Shown here in pieces: positions 20,814 through 31,215 of a stretch of DNA of 64,000 bases. The notes below the pieces were generated by a model, which saw only the letters and a program-made list of their open reading frames with translations, made no database searches and was not told the origin of the DNA. The first letter of the stretch is position 1. Every line of letters starts with the position of its first letter. Source of the stretch: an uncultured delta proteobacterium (GTDB taxonomy: Bacteria > Myxococcota_A > UBA9160 > SZUA-336); assembly GCA_963704165.1 (NCBI GenBank), contig CAVPHD010000004.1, positions 1 through 64,000 of the forward strand. Direction: 5' to 3'. The translations under genes and the position numbers were made by a program.

Positions 20814-22219
20814 GACTCCGTCTCGTCCTGCTCGGCGTGATCGTGCTCGGGCCCGCGATCTTCGCGCTCCTGCTGCTGCGTTCGGGTGTGCGAAGCGATG
20901 CCGCGGCGGTCGAGCCGAAGCCACGCGCGGAGGCATCCGAACCGGGAATCGTCGCGACGGTCGATCGATGGCTCGGTGTCGCACTCGACCCCGGACCGCT
21001 CGCGAAGGCGCACGCGTCGCTCGTCGGTGTCGGAAGCTGTCTCGACTGCCACGGAAGCGCGAGCCAGGTGATCGACGCGCGTTGCATCGCCTGCCACGAG
21101 GAGATCGGAGTTCGGGCGCAGCGGAAGATCGGCTGGCACGGGACGTTCGCCGAGCCGTGCCACAGCTGTCACGCGGAACACCGCGGCGAGGACGCCGAGC
21201 TGATCGTGCTCGACCGCGACGCGTTCCAGCACGACCTCTCGCGTTTTCCGCTTCGCGGCGGTCACGTCGGCGCGAAGTGCGAGGACTGCCATCTTTCGAT
21301 TCCCCTCACCGGCTCCGAGGCCGAGGTCTTCCACTTCCAGGGGATACCGTCCGCCTCCTGCACGGGATGTCACGTCGATCCGCACGCGGGCGGAAGACGC
21401 ACGGACGAGAGCCTCGGCGCGATCCGACAGATCGCTCTAGACGAGCCCGACCCCCCGCCCGCGAAGCGCTCCGCCGAGCATCCGATCGCGGGCCGCGACT
21501 GCGCGAGCTGCCATCCGGAGTCTGGATGGCGCGCTGCACAGCTTCGGCGTCGGGGCTTCGATCACGAAGCGGACACGCTCTACGCGCTTCGAGGTGCACA
21601 TGCTTCGGTCAGCTGTCAGAGCTGCCATACCGAGAAGCAGCGGAAGCTCGAGCAGGAGTCGGGCGAGGCGCCGGGACGTGCCGCAGACGCCGACTGCGCG
21701 ACCTGCCACGAGGATCCGCACGAGGGTGAAATGCGCTCAGCGAACGGCTGCCGGTCCTGTCATTCCGAAGCCGGGTGGCGGAAGGGGTTCGACCACGACA
21801 GAGATACGCGCTTTCCGCTCGACGATCTGCACGCGCGCGTGGACTGCGCTGCTTGTCACCCGGACCAGCGCTTTCGAGCCCTGGGTCGGGAGTGCAGGGA
21901 CTGCCACGAAGATGCCGATCAGCTCCTCGTGGGTCGGTTCGCGGACGCGCACTTCGATCCGGACGTGCACGCGGAAGGCGTCCTCTGCACGGACTGTCAC
22001 GGTCCGACTCGCGCCTCGAACCGACCCGCCTCGCTGGCGAAGCGCTGCGCGGACTGCCACACGCCGGAGTTCGCGGAGCTGCTCGCGACCTGGAGCTCGG
22101 AGCTCGACGCGCTCGCCCGCCGGACGGCGCTCGATCCCGCGCTGGCCGAACGCCTGCGGCGAAGTGGCGCACACAATTTTGTGTTCGCTCGATCGCGCCT
22201 GGGCGAGCGAGCTCGCTGA
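20810..22219 (+). CDS. Membrane-anchored multiheme cytochrome c, 13 CxxCH
   Basis: N-terminal TM; 13 CxxCH counted; repeated F.H...F/YxL...H...CxxCH units. Confidence 0.9.
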   Translation: MRLRLVLLGVIVLGPAIFALLLLRSGVRSDAAAVEPKPRAEASEPGIVATVDRWLGVALDPGPLAKAHASLVGVGSCLDCHGSASQVIDARCIACHEEIGVRAQRKIGWHGTFAEPCHSCHAEHRGEDAELIVLDRDAFQHDLSRFPLRGGHVGAKCEDCHLSIPLTGSEAEVFHFQGIPSASCTGCHVDPHAGGRRTDESLGAIRQIALDEPDPPPAKRSAEHPIAGRDCASCHPESGWRAAQLRRRGFDHEADTLYALRGAHASVSCQSCHTEKQRKLEQESGEAPGRAADADCATCHEDPHEGEMRSANGCRSCHSEAGWRKGFDHDRDTRFPLDDLHARVDCAACHPDQRFRALGRECRDCHEDADQLLVGRFADAHFDPDVHAEGVLCTDCHGPTRASNRPASLAKRCADCHTPEFAELLATWSSELDALARRTALDPALAERLRRSGAHNFVFARSRLGERAR

Positions 22220-22276
22220 GCGCGCCGATCGGCTTCGGATCTGGCCGGCATCGCCGTGCTGCGGGATACTGGGGCG

Positions 22277-23335
22277 ATGAACGGGGTAGAGAAGGGCGCG
22301 GGTCTCGTCGTGGCGCGGGTACTCGTGGGCTTGGCGTTGTTCGCGGCGACGCTCTGGGTCCTGCAGCCGTTTCTCGTGCCGGGGGCCTGGGCCGCGATCA
22401 CGGCCTACGTGAGCTGGCCGGTCTACGCGCGAGCGCGGGCCTTCACGAAGCGGCCGGCCCTGACGGCCGGACTCTTCACGTTCGTGCTCGCGGCGATCGT
22501 CGCGGTGCCCGTCGGCTGGCTGCTCGTCGTGCTCGCCACCGAGGCGACGAACGTCGCGACGCAGCTTCAGGAGTGGACCGCACAGGGAGCTCCATTCCCC
22601 GATTTCGTCACGTCACGGCCCTGGCTCGATTCGCGCCTTCAGGAGCTGCGCGAGAACACTCTATTCGGTCAGGTGCGACTGAGCGAGTGGATCGGGCGCT
22701 ACGGCAGCGATCTCTCGTTTCGCGCGGTCGTGCTCACCGGGGGCATCGCGCGTAACGTCCTCGATTTCCTGATCACGATCGTCGTGCTCTTCGCGCTGTA
22801 CCTGGACGGCGAGCGCATCGGCCCGCAGGTGCGCCGCCTGGCCGTGGTCCTGATGCCGAGCAACGATCCGGGGCTCGTCGATCACGTCGGCGGAATCGTT
22901 CGCGCGGTGGTCTTCGGACTGCTCGGCACCGCGATCGTGCAGGGTGCTCTCGCGGGAATCGGGTTCTGGATCTTCGACGTTCCCTCCGCGGTCTTCCTCG
23001 GATTCGCGACGATTCTGACGGCGCTCCTTCCCGGAGGGCCGGCGCTGATCTGGGGCGCGACCTGCGTCTGGCTCTACTTCGAGGGACGCGTCGGGGCGAC
23101 GATCGGACTTGCGCTGTACGGAACGCTGATCGTCAGCACCGTCGACAACATCCTGCGCCCGATCCTGATCAGCGGCTCGACGCGGATCCCGTTCATCCTG
23201 GTCTTTCTCGGCGTGCTCGGCGGCCTCGCGAGTCTCGGACTTCTCGGCATGTTCGTCGGCCCGGTCCTGCTCGCGGTCGGATTCGGCCTGCTCGCGGAGT
23301 TCCCATACCGGGATCCCGCCGAGAGGGACGCCTGA
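22277..23335 (+). CDS. AI-2E (PerM/UPF0118) family transporter
   Basis: DNILRP, GVLGG...GMFVGP motifs; many TMs. Confidence 0.9.
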   Translation: MNGVEKGAGLVVARVLVGLALFAATLWVLQPFLVPGAWAAITAYVSWPVYARARAFTKRPALTAGLFTFVLAAIVAVPVGWLLVVLATEATNVATQLQEWTAQGAPFPDFVTSRPWLDSRLQELRENTLFGQVRLSEWIGRYGSDLSFRAVVLTGGIARNVLDFLITIVVLFALYLDGERIGPQVRRLAVVLMPSNDPGLVDHVGGIVRAVVFGLLGTAIVQGALAGIGFWIFDVPSAVFLGFATILTALLPGGPALIWGATCVWLYFEGRVGATIGLALYGTLIVSTVDNILRPILISGSTRIPFILVFLGVLGGLASLGLLGMFVGPVLLAVGFGLLAEFPYRDPAERDA

Positions 23336-23352
23336 TCGGAGGTCGCCAGACC

Positions 23353-25662
23353 ATGCAGCCCGACCCGATGCGCGATCCCGTGTGTGGCATGACCGCGCGC
23401 GTGGACACCCCCAACTCGCATACGCACGAAGGTGTCACGTACCGTTTCTGTTCGGCGCGTTGCCTCGCGAAGTTCCGAGAGGATCCGTCGCGCTACCTCG
23501 ATCCGGGAAAGGCGGAACCGCTCGCCCCGACGTCGCCCTCGACGCGCTGGACGTGCCCGATGCACCCCGAGATCGTTCGCGACGAGCCGGGCCCGTGCCC
23601 GATCTGCGGCATGGCGCTCGAACCGATCGGGATCTCGGCCGACGACGACGAACCCCGAGCTCGACGACATGACGCGCCGTTTCTGGATCAGCCTCGCGCT
23701 CACGGTCCCGGTCTTCGCCGTGGCGATGGGCGAGATGCTCCCGGCCTTCCACGACTTCGCGTCCGCTTCCGGCCACGCGCTCGCGTACTTCCAGCTCGCG
23801 CTCGGCACGCCGGTCGTGCTCTGGGGCGGCTGGCCGTTCTTCGCCCGCGGCTGCACGTCGCTCCGGACGCGACACCTCAACATGTTCACGCTGATCGCGA
23901 TCGGGACCGGCGCGGCGTGGGCGTACAGCGTGGTGGCGACGCTGGCGCCCGGGGTCTTTCCGGAATCGTTTCGCGGCATGGGCGGATGCGGTCGCCGTCT
24001 ACTTCGAGGCCGCGGCCGTGATCGTGACGCTCGTGCTGCTCGGACAGGTGCTCGAGCTGCGCGCGCGGAGCCAGACCGGCGCAGCCATTCGGGCGCTGCT
24101 CGGCCTCGCGCCCAAGACGGCGCGCCGTCTCGCGGACGACGGACGCGAAGAGGACGTCCCGCTCGAGTCGATGCGCAGGTCGGCGACCGCCTGCGCGTCC
24201 GACCGGGCGAGAAGGTCCCCGTCGACGGCGTCGTGCTCGAGGGCCAGAGCGCGGTCGACGAGTCGATGCTCACCGGCGAGCCGATCCCGGTGGCGAAGGC
24301 GTCGGGCGACCGCGTGACCGGCGCGACGGTGAACGGCACCGGCGCGCTCGTGATGCGCGCCGAGCGCGTCGGCGCGGAGACGCTGCTCGCGCAGATCGTG
24401 CAGATGGTGGCCGACGCGCAGCGCAGCCGCGCGCCGATCCAGCGGCTCGCGGACGTCGTCGCGGGCTACTTCGTGCCCGCGGTGATCGCCGTCGCCGCGC
24501 TGACGTTCGCGCTCTGGGCGTACCTCGGGCCCGGAGCCGCGCATGGCGTACGCGCTGATCAACGCCGTCGCGGTGCTGATCATCGCCTGTCCGTGCGCGC
24601 TCGGTCTCGCGACGCCGATGTCGATCATGGTCGCGACCGGGAAGGCGGCGACGGTGGGCGTGCTGTTCCGGAACGCCGAGGCGATCGAGCTCCTGCGCGA
24701 CGTCGACACGATCGTCGTCGACAAGACGGGGACGCTGACCGAGGGCAAGCCGAGGCTCGTGCGCGTCGCGGCGGCGCCGGGTTCGAGCGAGGACGAGGTG
24801 CTCCGGCTCGCGGCGACGCTCGAGCGCGCGAGCGAGCATCCGCTGGCCGCGGCGATCGTCGCGCGGCGCCGAAGACAAGCAGCTCGAGCTCGCGGACGCG
24901 AGCGAGTTCGAGTCGCGCACCGGGCGCGGCGTGGTCGGGCAGATCGACGGGACGCGCGCGTCGCGATCGGCAACGCGAAGCTGCTCGATGAGCTCGGCGT
25001 CGAGCGTCGGCACGCTCGCGAGCGATCGCGGACGAGATGCGCGCCGAGGCACAGACCGTGATGTTCGTCGCCGTGGACGCGAAGCTCGCGGGTCTCGTCG
25101 GCGTCGCCGACCCGATCAAGAGCTCGACGCCCGACGCCATCCGCCGTCTGCACGAGGAGGGGCTGCGCGTCGTCATGCTGACCGGCGACAACCGCACGAC
25201 CGCCGAGGCCGTCGCTGCGAAGCTCGGCCTCGACGAGGTCCTCGCCGACGTCCTGCCGGACCAGAAGGCCGAGGTCGTGAAGCGCTTCAGGCGGAGGGTC
25301 GCGTCGTCGCGATGGCGGGCGACGGCGTGAACGACGCACCGGCGCTGGCGCAGGCGCACGTCGGCATCGCGATGGGCACCGGCACCGACGTCGCGATGGA
25401 GAGCGCGGGCGTCACGCTCGTGCGCGGCGATCTGCGCGGCATCGTGCGCGCGCTGCAGCTCAGCCGCGCGACGATGCGGAACATCCGCCAGAACCTGTTC
25501 TTCGCGTTCGTCTACAACGCGCTCGGCGTGCCGATCGCGGCAGGCATCCTCTTCCTGCCGTTCGGTCTGCTGCTCAGTCCGATGATCGCGGCGGCGGCGA
25601 TGAGCCTGAGCTCGGTCTCGGTGATCGCGAACGCGCTCCGCCTGCGACGCCTTTCGGTGTGA
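23353..25662 (+). CDS. copA: Cu(I)-translocating P1B-type ATPase with YHS and heavy-metal-binding domains; several frameshifts
   Basis: DPVCGM, TCPMHP...[43 protein letters not shown] spread over shifting frames. Confidence 0.85.
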
Positions 25663-25672
25663 GCGGCGACGA

Positions 25673-27244
25673 TCAGATCGCGCGCTCGCGTCCGGCCCAG
25701 TACGGATCGCGCAGCTTGCGCTTGTAGAGCTTGCCGTTCGGGTCGCGCGGCATCTCGTCGATGAAGTCGATCGATCTTCGGCGTCTTGAACTTCGCGAGC
25801 TTGTCCTTGCAGAACTCGAGGATCTCGGCTGTCGAGCGCCGTCGACCGGCGTCGACGCCGACGGCCGGCTCGATCACGGCCTTCACCTCTTCGCCCCAGT
25901 CCTCGTTCGGGATGCCGAAGACCGCCGCGTCGGCGACCTTCGGGTGGGTGAGCAGCACGTTCTCGATCTCGGCCGGGTAGATGTTCGCGCCGCCCGAGAT
26001 GATCATGTCGATCTTGCGGTCGCACAGGAACAGGTAGCCCTCGTCGTTCAGGTAGCCGACGTCGCCGACGGTGAAGTAGTTGCCGATCCGGTTCTTCCGC
26101 GTCTTCTCCGTCGTCCTTGTGGTACTCGAAGTCCGCCTGTGCCGAGCAGCATGTACACGGTGCCCTGCTCGCCGGCGGCAAGCTCCTTGCTCGTCGTCGT
26201 CGAAGATCTTGATCTCGGCGCTGGGCCAGGCGCGGCCGACGGTGCCCGGATACTTCCGCCATTCCTGCGGCGTGACGAGCGTGCCGCCGCCCTCGGTCGC
26301 GGCGTAGTACTCGTAGATCGAGTCGCCCCACCAGTCGAGCATGCGGCGCTTCACGTCGGGCGGGCAGGGCGCCGCCGCGTGCACCATCGTGCGCGTCGAG
26401 CGAGCAGTCGTACTTCGCGCGCACGTCCGTCGGGCAGCGCGAGCATGCGGTGGAACTGCGTCGGCACCATGTGGCTCGTGGTGCACGCGGTGCTGCGTCG
26501 ATCAGGCGCAGGCATGTCCTCGGGCGTCCACTTCTCCATCAACACCACCGGGTGTCCGAAGTGCATCGACGACGACGCGAAGATCAGCACCGCCGTGTGG
26601 TAGAGCGGCGAGCCGACGATGTGGACGTTCTCGTCCTCGGGCTTGATGCCGAACATCGACGAGGAAGCCGGTGAAGAGCGTCGCGATCGTGTCGGGATCG
26701 AGCTGGCGGCAGCGGGCGCCGCACGCCCTTGGGCTTGCCGGTCGTGCCGGAGGTGTAGTTCATGACCGCACCCGCGGCGCGCTCGTCGGGCAGCGTCGTC
26801 GGGCTGGCCTGCGATGGAGCTCCTCGAACGGCTGGAAGCCGGCGAATCGATCCGATCGCGAAACGCGCCCGACGCGGGGAAGCGCGATCTCGTCGGCCGC
26901 GGCACGGCAGACGTCGGCGATCCGCTCCGACGCGACGAACGCCTTCGCCTCGCTGTCCGCCAGGATGTACGCGATCTCGGCGGGCGCGAGATGCCAGTTG
27001 ATCGGCACCAGGTACCAGCCCGACTGCGCACAGGCGAGATTCAGCGCGACGAACTCGGCGCAGTTCGGCAGCGCGACCGCGACCGCGTCGCCGTGCCGCA
27101 GTCCCGAGCGCGCGCAGACCGTGCGCGATCCGGTTCTGCAGCGCGAAGAGTTCGCCGCGCGTGTACGAGCGCCCGTCGGGCGCGACCAGCGCGAGCCGCG
27201 ACGGATCGCGCTCGCGCGTAGCTCCAGAATCCGTGTTCGGCCAT
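25673..27244 (-). CDS. Acyl-CoA synthetase (FadD family); several frameshifts
   Basis: Start MAEHGFW; YTSGTTGKPK, SPLYH, YYAATEGG, TVGDVGY, DRKIDMIISGGANIYPAEIE in fragments; ends DPYWAGRERAI. Confidence 0.8.
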
Positions 27245-27258
27245 GGCTTCGGTGTCTC

Positions 27259-28417
27259 CTAAGGCTTGTGGTCGGCGACGATGTAGGTGCTGAAGTACTG
27301 CGAGCCGCCGCCGTAGGCGTGGCCGAGCGCCTTGTGCACGCCGTCGACCTGGTGCTCGCCCGCCTGGCCGCGGACCTGCATCGCGGCCTCGGCGAAGCGG
27401 ATCAGTCCCGAGGCGCCGATCGGGTTCGACGAGAGCACGCCCCCCGACATGTTCACGGGCAGATCGCCGTCGAGCGCGGTCGCGCCCTCGTAGGTCATCT
27501 TCCAGCCCTGACCTTCCTCGGCAGAAGCCCATCGACTCCATCCACATCGGCTCGAACCAGCTGAACGGCACGTAGATCTCCGCGCAGTCGATTTCCTTGC
27601 GCGGGTTCGTGATGCCGGCCTTCGCGTACAGGTCCTTCGCGTTCATGCGCGCGGCGAGCGGGTTCACCTGATCGCGGCCGGCGAACATCGTCGGCTCGCA
27701 GCGCATCGCCGTGGCGTGGACCCAGGCGGGCTTGCCCGGCGACTTCGAAGCCGCACGCTCGCTCGCGAAGATCATCGCGCAGGCTCCGTCCGAAGACGGA
27801 CAGGTCTCGAGGTAGCGGATCGGGTCCCAGAGCATCGGCGAGTTCATCACCTGCTCGAACGTGATGCCGGGGATCTGCAGGTGCGCGTACGGATTCTTGA
27901 GCGCGTTCTGCCGGTCCTTCACCGCCACGCGGATGCCCGTGTCGTCGGGCGCGCCGGAGCGCCGGATGTAGGCGCGGATCAGCGGCGCGAAGTAGCCGCC
28001 CGCGCCGGCGACGACCGCGACGCTGAACGGCGGCGCGACCGTCAGCGCCCACATGGCGTTCGACTCCGACTGCTTCTCGAACGCCACGCACAGGACGCGC
28101 TCGAAGACGCCCGACTCGACCAGCGACGACGCGACGATTCCCGTCGAGCCGCCGACGCTGCCCGCGGTGTGCACGCGGATCATCGGCTTGCCGGCGCCGC
28201 CGAGCGCGTCGGCGAGGAAGAGCTCGGGCATCATCACGCCCTCGAACATGTCCGGCGCCTTTCCGATCACGAGCGCGTCGATGTCGCCGAAGGACAGGTC
28301 CGCGTCCTCGAGCGCGCGCAGCGCCGCTTCGCGCACGAGCCCGGGCATCGAGACGTCGATGCGCTTGGCGTCGTACTTCGTCTGTCCGATTCCGATGACT
28401 GCGCTCCGCTCGGCCAT
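27259..28417 (-). CDS. ltp3: Thiolase-like Ltp3 (sterol side-chain aldolase type); frameshift near 27520
   Basis: GKAPDMFEG, RVHTAGSVGGST, ETCPSSDGA, AEIYVPFSWFE, SNPIGASG, HAYGG. Confidence 0.85.
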
Positions 28418-29466
28418 CAGTCCCCCTCCAGAACGCAGACCAGGTTCTGCTGCAGGCACGGACCCTGCGTCGCGTGCGCGACCGCGCGATCGCCGCGCCG
28501 GGACGCGATCCGAAGCGCGGCCTCGCCGATCCGGATCAGACCCGCCGCCATCAGCGGATGCGATGCGAGCGCGCCGCCGGACGGATTGATCGCGACGTCA
28601 TCGCCGAGCCCGAGCGCGGCGCGCAGGATCAGCTCCTGGTGCGAGTACGGTGCGTGCAGCTCGGCGAAATCGATCTTGCCCTGGTGCACGCCGGCCTTCT
28701 TCGCCGCGATCTCCGTCGACGCGGAGCGCGTCAGGTCTCGCATTCCGAGCCCGAGCGGCTCGATCCGGTGATCGAAGCCGCGAATCCAGACCGGACGCGC
28801 GCAGAGCTTGCGAGCCCGGTCGCCGGCGACGACGACCATCGCGGATGCGCCGTCGGTGATCGGAGGCAGGTCGTGTGCGCGAAGCGGCGAGCGGACGTAC
28901 GGCTCCGCGAGCAGTTTCTCGATGTCCACCGCGCCGCTGACGACGGCGTGTGGATTCGCGACCGCGTTGCTCCGGCTCCGCGCGACGACTTCCGCCAGGC
29001 ATCGTTCGGACCGCCCCGTGGCTTCGAGGAACTGGCGCGCCTGGATCGCGGCGAGGCTGTCCGCGTCGGGCCAGAGCGGCGTCATCGTGTAGGGGTCGAG
29101 CTGCAGCGCCAGCACTTCGGACAGATCGCCCGGCGAGGACTTGCCGAACGAGTAGACGAGCGCCGAGTCGACGTCGCCGGTCTGGATCTTGATCCACGCC
29201 TCGTACAGCGCCCACGCGCCGTCCATCTCGACGTGGGATTCCTTGATCGGCGGCCACGCACCGACGGCATCGAGCGCGCCGACGAACGAGAAGCACTGTC
29301 CCGCCAGGTAGTCGCTCGAGCCCGAGCAGGTGAAGCCGATCTCCTGGCGCGGCAGTTTCGAGTTGCGCACGGCCTCCTGTACGACCGGCATCAGGATCTC
29401 GACCTCGTTGCGCGTATCGCGTGCGGCGGCCGACTGCGCGAACGAGACGATCGCCACCTCGCGCAT
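28417..29466 (-). CDS. ltp4: Thiolase-like Ltp4
   Basis: FTCSGSSDYLAG, AWPPIKESHVEMDGAWALYEAW, GPCLQQNLV. Confidence 0.85.
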   Translation of the reverse strand: MREVAIVSFAQSAAARDTRNEVEILMPVVQEAVRNSKLPRQEIGFTCSGSSDYLAGQCFSFVGALDAVGAWPPIKESHVEMDGAWALYEAWIKIQTGDVDSALVYSFGKSSPGDLSEVLALQLDPYTMTPLWPDADSLAAIQARQFLEATGRSERCLAEVVARSRSNAVANPHAVVSGAVDIEKLLAEPYVRSPLRAHDLPPITDGASAMVVVAGDRARKLCARPVWIRGFDHRIEPLGLGMRDLTRSASTEIAAKKAGVHQGKIDFAELHAPYSHQELILRAALGLGDDVAINPSGGALASHPLMAAGLIRIGEAALRIASRRGDRAVAHATQGPCLQQNLVCVLEGD

Positions 29467-29951
29467 CACAGGTGCTCCTTGTACGTATCGAACTCGGCAT
29501 CGGGCTCGGCGATCGGCTTGAAGTAGCGGATGCTCGACATCGTCGGCCCGAGCTCCTCTCGGGGAACCCAGACGGCCTGGACCCGCATGCCCATGCGCAC
29601 GTCCTCGAGCGCGCACTCCTGGAGCACGTGCATGAAGGGGATGTCCGCGCCGTCGAGAAGCACCGCGGCGCAGGTGAAGGGCGGCGCGAACGACAGGTTC
29701 TCGGATGGAACGCGCACGATGCAGAACGTCGTCACCGTGCCTTTGTCCGAGACCTGCACCTCTTCCTCGGTCCGGACGGCGCAGCGCGGGCAGGCGCCCC
29801 GCGACGGCACGTACACGCGTCTGCACTCGATGCAGCGCTGCCCGAGGATCCGGCCCTGCGCGATTCCGCGCAGGAAACGGCTCTGCGCGCGGCCCGTGAT
29901 GTAGTCGTAGTCGAGCGCGACCGGGCTCGTGATGCTCTTCACCAGCTCCAT
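29466..29951 (-). CDS. DUF35 zinc-ribbon/OB-fold protein
   Basis: CIEC...CPRC, GTVTTF, LLDGAD, VRMGMRV. Confidence 0.85.
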   Translation of the reverse strand: MELVKSITSPVALDYDYITGRAQSRFLRGIAQGRILGQRCIECRRVYVPSRGACPRCAVRTEEEVQVSDKGTVTTFCIVRVPSENLSFAPPFTCAAVLLDGADIPFMHVLQECALEDVRMGMRVQAVWVPREELGPTMSSIRYFKPIAEPDAEFDTYKEHL

Positions 29952-29953
29952 GA

Positions 29954-30415
29954 TCAGACCTCCGGCTCGAAGCAGGCGATGTCACCGATCTCGCCCTTCG
30001 TCTCTTCGCGCCAGCGCGGGCGCACGCGCATTCCCGTGCGCATCCGCGATTCGTCGCGCGCGTCGACCGCGTGCAGGAGCGGCGTGTCCGCGCCGTCGAG
30101 CAGGATCAACGCGAACGCGAACGGGTGCGGCAGCGGCTGCTTCGCGCGCGGCTTGGAAACCCAGGTCCAGCCCTTCACCGCGCCGCCCGGTCCCACCGGG
30201 ACGAAGTCCTCCGCGGTGGCCTCGCCGGTGTCGGGGTCGTACTCCGCCGGGGGCACCAGTACGCGTCCCTTGCGCGTGCGGATGCCTTCGATCCGCCGCT
30301 CGCGCAGGCCCGCGAAGAATCGGCCGAGCACCGGGCCGACCGAACGGCGGTAGGCGTACTCCAGATGGTGTACCGCCGTCAGCGGCTCGTCGGGGCTCTT
30401 CGAATCGGGTGCCAT
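29954..30415 (-). CDS. DUF35 OB-fold protein lacking the Zn ligands
   Basis: RSVGPVLGRF, VPPAEYDP, LLDGADTPLLH, MRTGMRV. Confidence 0.85.
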   Translation of the reverse strand: MAPDSKSPDEPLTAVHHLEYAYRRSVGPVLGRFFAGLRERRIEGIRTRKGRVLVPPAEYDPDTGEATAEDFVPVGPGGAVKGWTWVSKPRAKQPLPHPFAFALILLDGADTPLLHAVDARDESRMRTGMRVRPRWREETKGEIGDIACFEPEV

Positions 30416-30428
30416 GTATTCGTCCTCG

Positions 30429-31106
30429 TCATCCGCCCGCGGCGACGCGCGGGCCCTCGAGCATCAGCCGCGCGGCCGCACTCAGCTTGCGAAGGATCGA
30501 GTCGGGATCGGGCTCGTTGCCGATCACCCAGCCGATCAGCCCGGAGAACCAGATCGCGATCAGCGCGTCGGCGACCTCGCGTTCGGTCTCGCGCGGCGTG
30601 AACTCGCCGATCGCCGTCGACGGATCCACCGGCTCGTCCCGCAGGGACGCGACGACCGCGCGCGCGATCCGGCGGTTGCTGCTCGCGATCTGCACGGCGG
30701 TCTGTCGGTCTCCGCTCGTCATCGCGCGAACCAGGGCGCTGCCGAGCTGCGGATTCTGGAGCAGTCCGCGCGTGGCGCGGCGGAAGAACTCGATCACGCG
30801 TTCCAGTGGAGTGTCGCCACGCACGGGACGTTCGAAGAGATCCGTCTCGAGGCGGTCGAGCCCCTCGTCGAACGCGAACAGGAGGATGTCTTCCTTGCCG
30901 CGGAAGTACTTGTAGAGCGTGCCGAGAGCCACGTCGGAGCGGCCGGCCACGTCGCGCAGCCGCACGGCCTCGAAGCCGCCCTGTTCCGCCAGCTCGACGG
31001 CCGTATCGACGATCCGGCGCATGCGGCGGAGCTGGCTCGCGACCAGCTTCGCGACCGGGGGCTCGATCGCTTCGAACCCGGGCGCTTCGGGGAGAAGCCG
31101 GCTCAT
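30429..31106 (-). CDS. kstR: TetR-family regulator, KstR-like
   Basis: Q..R..RI.D....A..GGFEAV..R.VA.RSDVALGTLYKYF..K HTH; W...L..W C-terminus; sterol gene context. Confidence 0.7.
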   Translation of the reverse strand: MSRLLPEAPGFEAIEPPVAKLVASQLRRMRRIVDTAVELAEQGGFEAVRLRDVAGRSDVALGTLYKYFRGKEDILLFAFDEGLDRLETDLFERPVRGDTPLERVIEFFRRATRGLLQNPQLGSALVRAMTSGDRQTAVQIASSNRRIARAVVASLRDEPVDPSTAIGEFTPRETEREVADALIAIWFSGLIGWVIGNEPDPDSILRKLSAAARLMLEGPRVAAGG

Positions 31107-31114
31107 CGGCGAAT

Positions 31115-31128
31115 TAGAACACGTTCCA
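31115..31128. promoter_or_regulatory. KstR operator (TAGAACACGTTCCA)
   Basis: Exact match to TnnAACnnGTTnnA, in the divergent gap next to the kstR-like start. Confidence 0.8.
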
Positions 31129-31215
31129 GTGAACGGTGTCCACGCGCAGCCGTCGCCGCGTTGTCTGTAAGATGGCACGAGAGGGCGAGTGACTTCGTCC
31201 CTCGAAAGGACGCCC

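Noticed and set aside
23353..27530. Pseudogene or programmed-frameshift call for copA, fadD and ltp3
   Set aside because: Catalytic motifs are intact, indels cluster regionally and no slippery sites were seen; sequencing error is more likely
31173..31190. TGGCACG as a third sigma54 promoter
   Set aside because: No TTGC -12 element at the right spacing; the adjacent TAAGAT fits a sigma70 -10 better
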